A stretch of DNA of 63,252 nt, filler included, from Candidatus Rokuibacteriota bacterium (GTDB lineage: Bacteria; JAUVQV01; DATDCY01): assembly GCA_031406795.1 (NCBI GenBank). It is 9 parts of 9 records of this genome, joined end to end, with 100 filler letters (N's around TTAATTAATTAA, not from the genome) between each part and the next. Parts side by side here need not be neighbours in the genome. Positions count along the whole stretch, not along the records: positions 1 to 14,740 come from JANOHV010000042.1; positions 14,841 to 29,852 come from JANOHV010000132.1; 7 more parts are not named here. One strand, 5' to 3'. This document shows positions 9,498 through 18,899 of the stretch, in pieces. Numbering within the stretch: the stretch's first letter is position 1; each line of letters begins with the position of its first letter. A program made the translations under genes and the position numbers. The notes under the pieces are model-generated. The model did no database searches, was not told where the DNA came from, and was given only the letters and a program-made list of their open reading frames with translations.

Positions 9498-11201
9498 ATG
9501 CGCGATTCGCGGCAGATTCTGATCGGCGGGGAGGCCGGGCAGGGGCTCGTGACGGTGGGCCAGCTGCTCTCCAAGTGCCTGGTGCGCGCCGGCTGGCGGA
9601 TCGTCGTCACGCAGGGGTACCAGTCGCGGGTGCGCGGTGGGCACAACTCGTGGGCGATCCGCTTCGGCTCGGGCGAGATCGCCGCCCCCGTCGAGCCGGT
9701 CGATCTGCTCGTCGCGCTCGATCAGGAGTCCGTCGAGCGCCACCGGGGCGAGCTGGCCCCGGGCGCGCTGCTGATCGCCGACGAGTCGCTCGACCCGCTC
9801 GGATTACCCGGACTGCGGGTCCCCTTTGCGAAACTCGCCTCCGCGAAGCATGCGAATGTCGCGGCGCTGGGGGTCGCCGGCACGCTGCTCGGCCTCGCCG
9901 AGGAGCTGCTGGCCGGCGCGGTCGAGGAACTCTTCGGCAAGAAGGGGACCGACACTACCGCAGAGAACCGCCGCGCGCTCGCCGAGGCGTATCGCTGGAC
10001 CCTGTCGACGAACACGTCGTTTCAGCTGCCCGGGCAGCCGCTGGCGGCCGCCCCCCGCATCATGGTCAATGGCAACGAGTCGCTCGCGCTCGGCGCGCTC
10101 TCGGGCGGCCTGCGCTTTCTGTCGTTCTACCCGATGACTCCCTCGACTTCGATCGCATTGACGGTGATCGAACATGCCACGGCGATGGGTGTTGTCACCG
10201 AACAGGCCGAGGATGAAATCGCCGTGGTGAACATGGCGATCGGCGCCTCGTTTGCCGGAGCGCCGGCCATGGTCGTGACCTCGGGGGGCGGTTTTGCGCT
10301 GATGGCCGAGGGGCTGAGCCTGGCGGCAATGACCGAGACGCCACTGGTGGTCGTGCTTGGCCAGCGCCCCGGCCCGGCTACCGGCCTGCCGACGCGCACC
10401 GGGCAGGAGGACCTGGAATTCGCTCTGCACGCGGGTCATGGTGAGTTCGCCCGTGCCCTGCTGGCCCCGGGAAGCCCTGAGGACTGCTTCGCGATCGCGC
10501 GCAAGGCCTTCTTCCTGGCCGAGCTCTTTCAGGGGCCGGTGCTGGTTCTGACCGACCAGTTCCTCGCCGATTCCTATCGCGCCGTCGAACCCTTCGAAGT
10601 GCGCGAGTTGCCGGCGGTGCGCGCAGGCTTTGCCGGAGAGGTCACCGTGCCCTACCGTCGCTACGCCGCTGCGGAGGACGGGGTCTCGCCGCGGCTGCTG
10701 CCCGGGCAGACCCGGCACCTCGTGATTGCCGACAGCGATGAGCACACCGAGGACGGGCATCTGACGGAAGACCTCGAGGTTCGCAACCGGATGGTCGCCA
10801 AGCGCCTCGCCAAGCTCGAGGGATTGCGCTGGGAGGTCATTCAGCCGCGGCTCGACGGGCCCGCCGGCGCCGAACTGCTGCTGGTCTGCTGGGGCTCGAG
10901 CGGCGCCGCGGTTGCCGAGGCGGCGGCTGAGCTTCGCGAGCGGGGGACGACGGCGGCTGCGCTGCACTTCACCCAGGTCTGGCCGCTCGACCCGGGGCAG
11001 TTTCTCGGCGCGTTGCGGGCGGCGAAGCGCGTTGTCTTCGTCGAAGGCAATGCCACCGGGCAGTTCGAGCGCCTGATCCGGCGAGAAACCGGCTTCGAGG
11101 CGGGCGGTAACGTGCGCCGTTTCGACGGCCTGCCGATCACGCCGGGGTACATCCTGCGCGCGCTTGCCGCAGCCGGCATCACGCAAGGAGTGAGCCGATG
11201 A
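9498..11201 (+). CDS. korA: 2-oxoacid:ferredoxin oxidoreductase alpha subunit
   Basis: GGEAGQG, YPMTP, QAEDE, TSGGGF, QRPGPATG. Confidence 0.92.
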   Translation: MRDSRQILIGGEAGQGLVTVGQLLSKCLVRAGWRIVVTQGYQSRVRGGHNSWAIRFGSGEIAAPVEPVDLLVALDQESVERHRGELAPGALLIADESLDPLGLPGLRVPFAKLASAKHANVAALGVAGTLLGLAEELLAGAVEELFGKKGTDTTAENRRALAEAYRWTLSTNTSFQLPGQPLAAAPRIMVNGNESLALGALSGGLRFLSFYPMTPSTSIALTVIEHATAMGVVTEQAEDEIAVVNMAIGASFAGAPAMVVTSGGGFALMAEGLSLAAMTETPLVVVLGQRPGPATGLPTRTGQEDLEFALHAGHGEFARALLAPGSPEDCFAIARKAFFLAELFQGPVLVLTDQFLADSYRAVEPFEVRELPAVRAGFAGEVTVPYRRYAAAEDGVSPRLLPGQTRHLVIADSDEHTEDGHLTEDLEVRNRMVAKRLAKLEGLRWEVIQPRLDGPAGAELLLVCWGSSGAAVAEAAAELRERGTTAAALHFTQVWPLDPGQFLGALRAAKRVVFVEGNATGQFERLIRRETGFEAGGNVRRFDGLPITPGYILRALAAAGITQGVSR

Positions 11202-12049
11202 CGACGGTCGCCGATTACGGCACGTACGAAACCGCCTGGTGCCCGGGGTGCGGCAATCACGCCATCCTCGGCGCGATGAAAGAGGCGCTCGCCTCGAGCG
11301 GGCTTGCGCCGCACCAGGTTCTTTTCATCTCGGGGATCGGTCAGGCCGCGAAGGCCCCGCACTACCTGAACGCCAATCTCTTCAACGGGCTTCACGGCCG
11401 CGCGCTCCCCGCGGCCACGGGAGCGAAACTCGCGAACCCGGCGCTCAAGGTGATCGTCGAGAGCGGCGACGGCTGCACCTACGGCGAGGGGGGGAATCAT
11501 TTTCTCGCGGCGGTGCGGCGCAACATCGGCTTGACGGTCATCGTTCACGACAACCAGGTCTACGGCCTCACGAAGGGCCAGGCCAGTCCGACTTCGGACG
11601 AGGGCTTCGTCACCAAGGCGCAGCCCGAGGGGGTGCACGCCGAGCCCTTCAATCCGGTCGAGACGGCGGTGGCGCTCAAGGCGAATTTCGTGGCGCGCGG
11701 CTTCTCGGGAATGCCGGAGCACCTCACGGGGCTGATCCGGCAGGCGCTCGCCGCGCCCGGCTTCGCTCTGATCGACGTGCTCCAGCCCTGCGTCTCGTTC
11801 AACAAGGTCAACACGTTCGCCTGGTACCGCCAGCGGGTGCGCGAGCTGCCCGCCGGTCATGACCCGACCGACTGGGCGGGGGCTCTGGCCGTGGCGGTCC
11901 GCTGGGGCGAAGAAATCCCCATCGGCGTGATCTATCGCGGCAGCCGCCCGGCGTTCGAGGAGCGGGTGCCGGCGCTCGCCGCGGGGCCGCTGATCGGCCG
12001 CGAAGTCGACCGGGAGCGTCTCGCGGCAATCGTCGATCACCTGAAGTAG
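11198..12049 (+). CDS. korB: 2-oxoacid:ferredoxin oxidoreductase beta subunit
   Basis: WCPGCG, HGRALP, SGDG, NQVYGLTKGQ, QPCVSFN. Confidence 0.92.
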   Translation: MTTVADYGTYETAWCPGCGNHAILGAMKEALASSGLAPHQVLFISGIGQAAKAPHYLNANLFNGLHGRALPAATGAKLANPALKVIVESGDGCTYGEGGNHFLAAVRRNIGLTVIVHDNQVYGLTKGQASPTSDEGFVTKAQPEGVHAEPFNPVETAVALKANFVARGFSGMPEHLTGLIRQALAAPGFALIDVLQPCVSFNKVNTFAWYRQRVRELPAGHDPTDWAGALAVAVRWGEEIPIGVIYRGSRPAFEERVPALAAGPLIGREVDRERLAAIVDHLK

Positions 12050-12170
12050 CAGGTTCATCTCGATCTTTTTGCGCAGCCTGCTAGAATTAGCGCCGGCCGG
12101 GATGTTTGAATCGAAAGGTCCCGGGCCTCGATCAAAGTAAAAATATCCACGAACCAGGGAGGAAGAACGA

Positions 12171-12329
12171 ATGAAGTACAAGTGCAATGTCTGCGGCTAT
12201 GTGTACGATCCGGACCAGGGTGACGCGATGAGTGGCGTGCCGGCCAAGACCCCGTTCGAGAATCTCCCCGCGGATTGGGTCTGCCCGGTCTGCGGCGCCG
12301 GCAAGGACGAGTTCTCGCCCACCCGCTAG
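12171..12329 (+). CDS. rub: Rubredoxin, 52 aa (absent from the ORF track)
   Basis: Translates [60 protein letters not shown]. Confidence 0.97.
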   Translation: MKYKCNVCGYVYDPDQGDAMSGVPAKTPFENLPADWVCPVCGAGKDEFSPTR

Positions 12330-12342
12330 TCCCCGGCGGCAC

Positions 12343-13350
12343 CTATAAGAGGGCGGCGCGCTCCGCCATCTGTTCGTACGGGATGAGTCTGCGGTAATCG
12401 ACGAGCCCGGCGAGCGCCCCGGTCTGGCGCACGCGCATTCCCGTCTCCTCCAGGATCGCCACCGGGTTCAGGCCGCCCATCACGACGACGCCGAGGCGCC
12501 CTTCGCTGACCGGGATATCGAACAGCGGCCGGCCGGGCCAGCCGACATCGATCACGACGCCGAGCCCCGCCTCCTCCATGCTGCGCGCGAGGCCAAGTAC
12601 GCGCTCGCGGCTGTTGCCCGGCACCTCGCGGAAGCTTGCGCCGACCAGGCCGTTGCCGGTTTCGACGGCGCCCTTGTAGTCGGTCATGCCGCTTCTGATG
12701 AAGACCTCGAGCGGGTCGAGCGTCGTGCCTTCGTAGTGGATCAGCTCGACGAAACGCGTCGGCTTGAGCGCACGCAGTTCGAGCAGGCCGCCGAAGCGCG
12801 ACGAGACCGGGATGCCGTGGCGCAGCAGGACACCGTTGAAGGTGATGGAGCAGACCGTGCCGACGCCGACCTTCCCGTCGGGGACCCCGACATCGCCGAC
12901 GCGCTCCCCCGGTCCGAACAGAGCCGCGAGCCGGCCGACGCCGAGCCGTGCGGCGAAGACCCTCGCCATCTTCGGGATCGCCTCGGGGAGCTGATCTCGC
13001 TCGAGGAGGCTGACGTTGACGACGACGGTACCTTCGCGCCGGCCGAGGTCGAAGTCCATGTTGTACGTCAGCTGGTCGATCTTCGCGGCGAGGTAGCCAA
13101 CTTTCTCGAAGGCGCGCGCGTTCGAGAGCTCACGCGCGCCCGTTTCGGTGATGCGCCGCCCCTGCTTACCGAGGTTCTCGGTCAGCCCGCTGGCGTCGAG
13201 CGCCTGCAGATGAAAGCGCACGGTTCGCTCGCTCAGGTCGTGGCCGGCGGCGAGAAGCCGCGTGGCAAGTTCCTGGCTGCCGTGAGGGCGACGGTCTTCA
13301 TGAAGAATCTTCAGGATCGCCAGACGTTTCTTTTCGACCTTGTCGCTCAT
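12343..13350 (-). CDS. nrpR: NrpR-family nitrogen repressor (wHTH plus one NRD/DUF128 domain)
   Basis: SERTVRFHL winged HTH; VVVNVS, TVCSITFNGVL, SFREVP, GGLNP. Confidence 0.85.
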   Translation of the reverse strand: MSDKVEKKRLAILKILHEDRRPHGSQELATRLLAAGHDLSERTVRFHLQALDASGLTENLGKQGRRITETGARELSNARAFEKVGYLAAKIDQLTYNMDFDLGRREGTVVVNVSLLERDQLPEAIPKMARVFAARLGVGRLAALFGPGERVGDVGVPDGKVGVGTVCSITFNGVLLRHGIPVSSRFGGLLELRALKPTRFVELIHYEGTTLDPLEVFIRSGMTDYKGAVETGNGLVGASFREVPGNSRERVLGLARSMEEAGLGVVIDVGWPGRPLFDIPVSEGRLGVVVMGGLNPVAILEETGMRVRQTGALAGLVDYRRLIPYEQMAERAALL

Positions 13351-13590
13351 CTCTCGGCGATTCTATCAGAAAGATGCCGTCTGCAAGAGGGCGTTGCGGC
13401 AATTTTGCCGATGGCCCTGCCAGGAAACAGCTGGCGGAAACTGCTTGGCCACGCGCAAGCACCAGCTTCTACCGCGTTCGATCACCCCGTGTCAAACCGG
13501 AATTCGGTGGTTTCCCGGCAAACGCCGGCCGGGGAGTCAGTCGTCAATGAGCCGGGGAAGTAATCCTTCAGTGAAGCGCGGAAACTCTTT

Positions 13591-13671
13591 CCGTTCGTGG
13601 TGAGCTTGTCGAACCATGAACGGAAATCTTCCCTATCCACAAGCGCCCTTCGACAGGCTCAGGGCGAACGG
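13591..13671. repeat. REP-like palindrome family R3
   Basis: ccgttcgtggtgagcttgtcgaacc...cccttcgacaggctcagggcgaacgg; related copy at 52031. Confidence 0.65.
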
Positions 13672-13743
13672 TACCAATTTTGCTAACCCTCAGTGAATGA
13701 TTCCACGGGGAATCGGAAGCGCCACCGGTGCTCGTGGCCATTG

Positions 13744-13877
13744 TTGGCAAAACTGCCAACAGCACTTGGCAGTTTTGCCGCAACGGCAAGGAGAGCGAGT
13801 GCAAATACGCGGCAAATATGCGGAATATTCTGTTGACGACGGGGCCTCTAGTTGCATAAAGTGGCAACCTATTGCCA
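13744..13877 (+). promoter_or_regulatory. Candidate sigma70 promoter with GGCA-Nx-TGCC operators
   Basis: TTGACG (13833)-N18-TAAAGT; palindromes at 13744, 13766 and 13862, plus one at 13397. Confidence 0.55.
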
Positions 13878-13999
13878 GTTGTGCCGCGCTCGAAGGTTGG
13901 TCGGTGGCTGCAGCCGGGACGCATGAGCGGCTTTGGTCTTCCGTCCGCCCCTTCCGGCAAGCGGCTACCGCGTCACCATCAACCGAGGAGGAGAGGCGA

Positions 14000-14740
14000 A
14001 TGAACCTGAGACAGCCGAACGCCAGCACTGCCACCGACACGTTCAACCGCTCGCGCAATGTGGTCCCGATGTCCGGGATCTGCGTCGAGTGCCTCGACGG
14101 CTGCAAGGGCGGCTGCGAGATGTGGCTCGCGTCGTTCCGCGGCCGCGAGGTGATCTACCCCGGGCCGTTCGGGTCGATCACGGCCGGCGCGGACAAGAAC
14201 TACCCGCTCGATTACTCGCACTTGAACATCCAGGGCTACGCCTGTGGCGCGAAGGGCTTGCCCAAGGGCGTGAAGCCCGGCCCCGACACCGCGACCTTCC
14301 CGTCGGTGAACACCGAGACCGAGTACGGCTGGACGAAGAAGGTGAAGATGAAGGTGCCGATTTTCACCGGCGCGCTCGGCTCCACCGAAATCGCGCGCAA
14401 GAACTGGGAGCACTTCGCGATCGGCACGGCGATCTCGGGGATCACGCTGGTCTGCGGCGAGAACGTTTGCGGCATCGACCCGCAGCTGGTGCTGGACGCC
14501 AACGGCAAGGTCAAGAGCTCGCCGGAGATGGACCGCCGGATCGAGACCTATCGGCGCTACCACGAGGGATTCGGCGAGATCCTGGTGCAGATGAACGTGG
14601 AGGACACGCGCTTCGGCGTGGCCGAGTACGTGCTGAACAAGCACGGGCTGGACACGATCGAGCTCAAGTGGGGGCAGGGCGCCAAGTGCATCGGCGGCGA
14701 GATCCGCGTCGGCGATCTGGCGCGCGCGCAGGAATTGAAG
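14000..14740 (+). CDS. FMN-binding glutamate synthase family protein (3'-partial)
   Basis: GAGGAG RBS; Cys-rich N-terminus, TGALGST, ELKWGQGAK.IGGE. Confidence 0.85.
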
Positions 14741-14840
14741 NNNNNNNNNNNNNNNNNNNNNNNNNNNNNNNNNNNNNNNNNNNNTTAATTAATTAANNNN
14801 NNNNNNNNNNNNNNNNNNNNNNNNNNNNNNNNNNNNNNNN
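14741..14840. other. Artificial contig spacer
   Basis: N44-TTAATTAATTAA-N44; identical spacers start at 29853, 33687, 38201, 41603, 45155, 50107 and 57105. Confidence 0.99.
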
Positions 14841-14841
14841 C

Positions 14842-14970
14842 AAGGAGAACGGCAACGGCCTGGGGCTCTTTCTGGCCCGCGAGATCCTGCAGCATCACGG
14901 CGGGCGGCTCGAAATCCAGAGCATCCAGGACGAGGGCACGTCGGTCATCCTGACGCTCCCCTATGCCTAG
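14842..14970 (+). CDS. Sensor histidine kinase C-terminus (5'-partial)
   Basis: KENGNGLGLFLAREILQHHGGRLEIQS...GT is the G2 box of an HATPase domain. Confidence 0.85.
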   Translation, partial: KENGNGLGLFLAREILQHHGGRLEIQSIQDEGTSVILTLPYA

Positions 14971-15092
14971 GCCGTCGGAAAGGGCCCACCAGCGGCGTTG
15001 GGCTTCGCCCTTCGTCGCTGCGGCGTACTGCTCGTACGCCTCACTCCTCAGGACTCGCCCGCCTTGCATCTGGACCCTTTCCGACAGCCTAG
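14967..15092. repeat. Palindromic intergenic repeat R1
   Basis: ctaggccgtcggaaaggg...ccctttccgacagcctag arms; core nearly identical to the 5573 copy. Confidence 0.85.
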
Positions 15093-15108
15093 CCAGATAC
15101 CCGATCTC

Positions 15109-16485
15109 ATGACAAAGAAGACGATCCTCGTCGCCGACGACGACCGGAATACCTCCTCGGCGATGCGCGAAGGGCTCGAGGACGAGGGCTACACCGTCTT
15201 CTGCGCCGGCTCCGGGACTGAGGGACTGGAACTCGCGCGCGCAAAGAAGCCGGACCTCGTGCTGACCGACCTGATGATGCCCGGCATGGACGGCCTGGTC
15301 TTCCTGAAGACCCTCAAGAAACTCGACCCGTTCCTCCCGGTCGTCATCATCACCGGGCAGGGATCGGTGGAGACTGCCGTCGAGGCGCTCAAGGAGGGCG
15401 CGGCCGATTACCTCGCCAAACCGGTGCGCATGAAGGACCTCGTCAAGCTCGTCGGGCGCACGCTCGAAGTTCAGGCGCTGCGACTGGAGAACCTGACCCT
15501 CAAGAACCGGCTCAAGTCGCTGAGCCAGCCGGCCGAAGTCGTCGGGCGCAGCCCGGCGTTCGCCAGGATCCTCGAGGTCGTCCGCCAGGTGGCGCCGACC
15601 CGCAGCACCGTGCTGGTCACCGGCGAGAGCGGCACCGGCAAGGAACTGATCACCAACCTGCTGCACCAGCACAGCGCCCGCTGCGACAAGCCGCTGATCA
15701 AGGTCAACTGCGCGGCCATCCCCGAGACCCTGATGGAAGCCGAACTCTTCGGCCACGAGAAGGGGGCGTTCACCGGCGCCGTCGCGCAGAAGAAAGGGCG
15801 GTTCGAACTCGCGCACGAGGGGACGCTTTTTCTCGACGAAGTCGGCGACATGAGCCTCACGCTGCAGGCCAAGCTGCTGCGCTGCATCCAGGAGGGCGAA
15901 TTCGAGCGCGTCGGCGGCACGGAGACGCTGAAAGTCGACGTGCGGCTCATCGCCGCGACCAGCCAGGACCTGCTCGAGGCGATCACGGCCCGGCGCTTTC
16001 GCGACGACCTCTACTATCGACTGAACGTGATCTCGATCCACGTGCCCCCGCTGCGGGAGCGCACCGGCGACATCCCGCTGCTGATCGGCCACTTCCTGCG
16101 CAAGTACACCGCCGAGACCGGCAGGAAGATCGAGGGGATCACGCAGGACTGCCTCGAGGCGATGGCGACCTACCCCTGGCCCGGCAACGTGCGGGAGTTG
16201 GAAAACATCATCGAGCAACTGGTGGTCCTGGCGCGCGCACCGCTGCTGCGCAAGGAGGATCTTCCGGCGACGATCCGTCAGGAGGGCCGCCGCCGGGACG
16301 TCATGGTCCTGCCGATCGGCACGACACTCGAGCAGATCGAACAGGCCGCCATCCGTGAAACGCTCTCCATCACCGACGGCAACAAAGAACAGGCCGCCGC
16401 GTTGCTCGGCATCCATGTCGCCACCCTCTACCGCAAGCTCTCCTCCGAGGAGCTCTCGCAAAAAGCGAAAGAAAAACAGGACTAA
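15109..16485 (+). CDS. Sigma54-dependent response regulator (NtrC/AtoC family)
   Basis: Receiver domain, GESGTGKE, GAFTGA, WPGNVREL, Fis-type HTH. Confidence 0.95.
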   Translation: MTKKTILVADDDRNTSSAMREGLEDEGYTVFCAGSGTEGLELARAKKPDLVLTDLMMPGMDGLVFLKTLKKLDPFLPVVIITGQGSVETAVEALKEGAADYLAKPVRMKDLVKLVGRTLEVQALRLENLTLKNRLKSLSQPAEVVGRSPAFARILEVVRQVAPTRSTVLVTGESGTGKELITNLLHQHSARCDKPLIKVNCAAIPETLMEAELFGHEKGAFTGAVAQKKGRFELAHEGTLFLDEVGDMSLTLQAKLLRCIQEGEFERVGGTETLKVDVRLIAATSQDLLEAITARRFRDDLYYRLNVISIHVPPLRERTGDIPLLIGHFLRKYTAETGRKIEGITQDCLEAMATYPWPGNVRELENIIEQLVVLARAPLLRKEDLPATIRQEGRRRDVMVLPIGTTLEQIEQAAIRETLSITDGNKEQAAALLGIHVATLYRKLSSEELSQKAKEKQD

Positions 16486-16556
16486 ACAGAATTGTTTCGC
16501 ATTTTGCGAACGACCTTGTGCCAATAGCACATTATTTTCGCGTATTGCGAAAATAA
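16456..16556. promoter_or_regulatory. Three TCGC-N5-GCGA candidate enhancer sites
   Basis: Palindromes centred at 16462, 16503 and 16544 (41-bp spacing). Confidence 0.65.
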
Positions 16557-16656
16557 CTGCTTTCACAAACCCTGACCACTACCCCTAGTGGTTACCGTTC
16601 TGCTCAGACACTAGGAATATCAGGGGTAAAAGATCGCAAAAAATTAGTATAGCACT

Positions 16657-16672
16657 TGGCACTACAATTGCT
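16657..16672 (+). promoter_or_regulatory. Sigma54 -24/-12 promoter
   Basis: TGGCACTACAATTGCT, an exact GG-N10-GC match. Confidence 0.85.
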
Positions 16673-16688
16673 TAGTGTCAACAGCAAC

Positions 16689-17141
16689 ATGAGCGCGCGC
16701 AATAATCGCTACCGGATTCTCGTGTCCGACCGGGAGAAGAACACCCGGGACGCCGTGGCCGAGATCTTCACCGACGCCGGCTACAAAGTCGACGCCGCGG
16801 GCAGCGGTTCCGAGACCATCGAGATGCTCACCCGCCAGAGTTACGACCTGATCTTCTGCGATCTCGACCTGCCGAAGAAATCGGGTTTCGAACTCGTGCG
16901 CATGGCCCGCGCCCTCAACCGCGACGCGCGCATCGTGGTGACTTCGGCCCAGGGCGAGCCGGTGAACCGCACCCGCATGAAGAAGGAAGGCGCCTTCGAT
17001 TTCCTCGACAAGCCGCTGCGGCGCGCGACGCTGCTCGCCGCCGCGCGCAACGCGCTGCGCAGCACCGGGATGACCAGCACCAGCGACGCCGCCGTCCCTA
17101 CCGGCACCGACGGCGATCGCGAAAACTCGAGGCCGGCATGA
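16689..17141 (+). CDS. Single-domain response regulator
   Basis: Receiver fold: ILVSD, DLIFCDLDLP, FLDKP. Confidence 0.85.
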   Translation: MSARNNRYRILVSDREKNTRDAVAEIFTDAGYKVDAAGSGSETIEMLTRQSYDLIFCDLDLPKKSGFELVRMARALNRDARIVVTSAQGEPVNRTRMKKEGAFDFLDKPLRRATLLAAARNALRSTGMTSTSDAAVPTGTDGDRENSRPA

Positions 17142-18382
17142 AGGAGACGGGGAGAATCCAGATGGAGACCGCGGACGCTTCACTCAGCACCGGCGAACCA
17201 CCCCAGGAACCGCGCACCTACCCTTGGCAGCGCATACCCCGCTGGCGCGATGTCGGGCCGGAGCAGTGGCACGACTGGCGCTGGCAGGCAAGGCACCTGA
17301 TCCGCACCATCGAGGACCTGGACGGGATCGTACCCCTGCGGGACGCCGAGAAGAAGAAGCTGACGCCGATCGCCGCGGAGTACCATTTTGCGATCACCCC
17401 GCACTATGCCGCGCTCATCGACCCGAACGACCCGAACGACCCGATCCGCCGCCAGGCCATCCCGGCGCGCGAAGAGGGCTGCTACTACGGCAACGAGACC
17501 GAGGACCCGCTGCACGAACTCGAGCACGCGCCCGTCCCGGGCCTGACACATCGCTACCCGGACCGCGCGCTGCTGGTGACCACGGACTTCTGTTACATGT
17601 ACTGCCGCCACTGCACGCGCAAGCGCATCTGGAAGAACGGCGAGACGCCGGTCACCCGCGCGTCGATCCGGGCGATGGTCGACTACATCCGCTGTCACCC
17701 CGAGATCCGCGACGCGATCGTCTCGGGCGGCGACCCGCTCTCCCTGCCGCTGGAACAGCTGGATTTCATCCTCGGCGAACTGCGCTCGATCCCGCACCTC
17801 GAGATCATCCGGATCGGCACGCGGGTGCCGGTCGTCCTGCCGATGAAAATCACCCCCGAACTGGTCTCCGTCCTCGAAAAGCACGGGCCGATCTGGCTCA
17901 ACACCCAGTTCAACCACCCGCGCGAAGTCACGCCCGAGTCGGCCGCGGCCGTCGATCGCCTGCTGCGCGCCGGCGTCCCGGTGAACAACCAGACCGTGCT
18001 GCTGCGCGGCGTGAACGACGACGCCCCGACGATGCTCGCGCTCAACCACGCCCTGCTTCGCGCCAAAGTCCGCCCCTACTACCTCTTTCAGTGCGACCCG
18101 GTCATCGGCGCCGAGCACTTCCGCACGACCGTGGCGGCCGGCCTGAAGATTATGAGCGCGATGCGCGTCCACACCTCCGGCCTCGCCCTGCCGACCTATG
18201 TCATCGACTTGCCCGGCGGCGGCGGCAAAGTGCCGATCTCCCAGAACTACGTCATCGGCGAGAACGAGCAGGGCCTCGTGCTGCACAACTTCGAGGGGAA
18301 GACCTACACGTACCCGAGCCCCGCGCGCGCCGCCCGCACCCCGCGGCGCAAGGTCGAGACCCTCGACCCCGTACCGGCGTAG
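17138..18382 (+). CDS. kamA: KamA-family radical SAM aminomutase (lysine 2,3-aminomutase-like)
   Basis: THRYPDR, CYMYCRHC, SGGDPL, YLFQCD, DLPGGGGK (PLP lysine). Confidence 0.9.
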   Translation: MKETGRIQMETADASLSTGEPPQEPRTYPWQRIPRWRDVGPEQWHDWRWQARHLIRTIEDLDGIVPLRDAEKKKLTPIAAEYHFAITPHYAALIDPNDPNDPIRRQAIPAREEGCYYGNETEDPLHELEHAPVPGLTHRYPDRALLVTTDFCYMYCRHCTRKRIWKNGETPVTRASIRAMVDYIRCHPEIRDAIVSGGDPLSLPLEQLDFILGELRSIPHLEIIRIGTRVPVVLPMKITPELVSVLEKHGPIWLNTQFNHPREVTPESAAAVDRLLRAGVPVNNQTVLLRGVNDDAPTMLALNHALLRAKVRPYYLFQCDPVIGAEHFRTTVAAGLKIMSAMRVHTSGLALPTYVIDLPGGGGKVPISQNYVIGENEQGLVLHNFEGKTYTYPSPARAARTPRRKVETLDPVPA

Positions 18383-18395
18383 GGCGGCGGACGCG

Positions 18396-18899
18396 ATGCC
18401 CGCTCCCGGGACGGACGTCACCGTCACGCCGACGCGCGAGCAGGAGCGCCCGGCCATCGAGGGTCTGCTGCGCCGCTGCGGCGTCTTCAGCGAGGAGGAG
18501 ATCGCCGTCGCGCTCGAAGTCCTCGACGTCTACCTGTACCGGCTCAACCAGCAGGATTACCAGGTGTTCACGGCCAAGCGCGGCGGCGAGGTCGCCGGCT
18601 ACGTCTGCTTCGGGCGCAACACGATGACGGACGGGACCTTCGAACTGTACTGGATCGCCGTCGACCCGCGGCAGCATCGCCACGGCGTCGGCGGCTCGCT
18701 GATGACCCTCGCCGAGTACGAGATCGCCCGCCAGGGCGGCCGCCTGATCAGTGTCGAAACATCGTCGCGGGAGGACTACCACGCGACGCGCAAGTTCTAC
18801 CACCACCTTCACTACCGGCAGGCAGCCGTCGTCGCCGACTACTACGCCGCCGGCGACTCGAAAATCATCCTGACCAAGAAAATCGCGCGCGTCGCATGA
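18396..18899 (+). CDS. GNAT N-acetyltransferase
   Basis: LYWIAVDP..HRHGVGGSL, VETSS, TRKFY. Confidence 0.88.
   Translation: MPAPGTDVTVTPTREQERPAIEGLLRRCGVFSEEEIAVALEVLDVYLYRLNQQDYQVFTAKRGGEVAGYVCFGRNTMTDGTFELYWIAVDPRQHRHGVGGSLMTLAEYEIARQGGRLISVETSSREDYHATRKFYHHLHYRQAAVVADYYAAGDSKIILTKKIARVA

Noticed and set aside
13499-13635. Archaeal NrpR operator GGAA-N6-TTCC
   Set aside because: The GGAA..TTCC pairs here have 3-, 5- or 9-nt spacers, and two overlap a REP-like repeat.
13862-13877. TGGCAACCTATTGC as a sigma54 promoter
   Set aside because: GG-to-GC spacing is 9, not 10; treated as a palindromic operator instead.
13697-13999. N-terminal extensions in the ORF track (also from 2983, 14998, 19599, 38764 and 25839)
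   Set aside because: They run through promoters, repeats or neighbouring genes; downstream starts have an RBS or gene overlap and match where family similarity begins.
14741-14840. TTAATTAATTAA within N runs, repeated eight times
   Set aside because: Artificial all-frame-stop contig linker; adjacency across it has no biological meaning.
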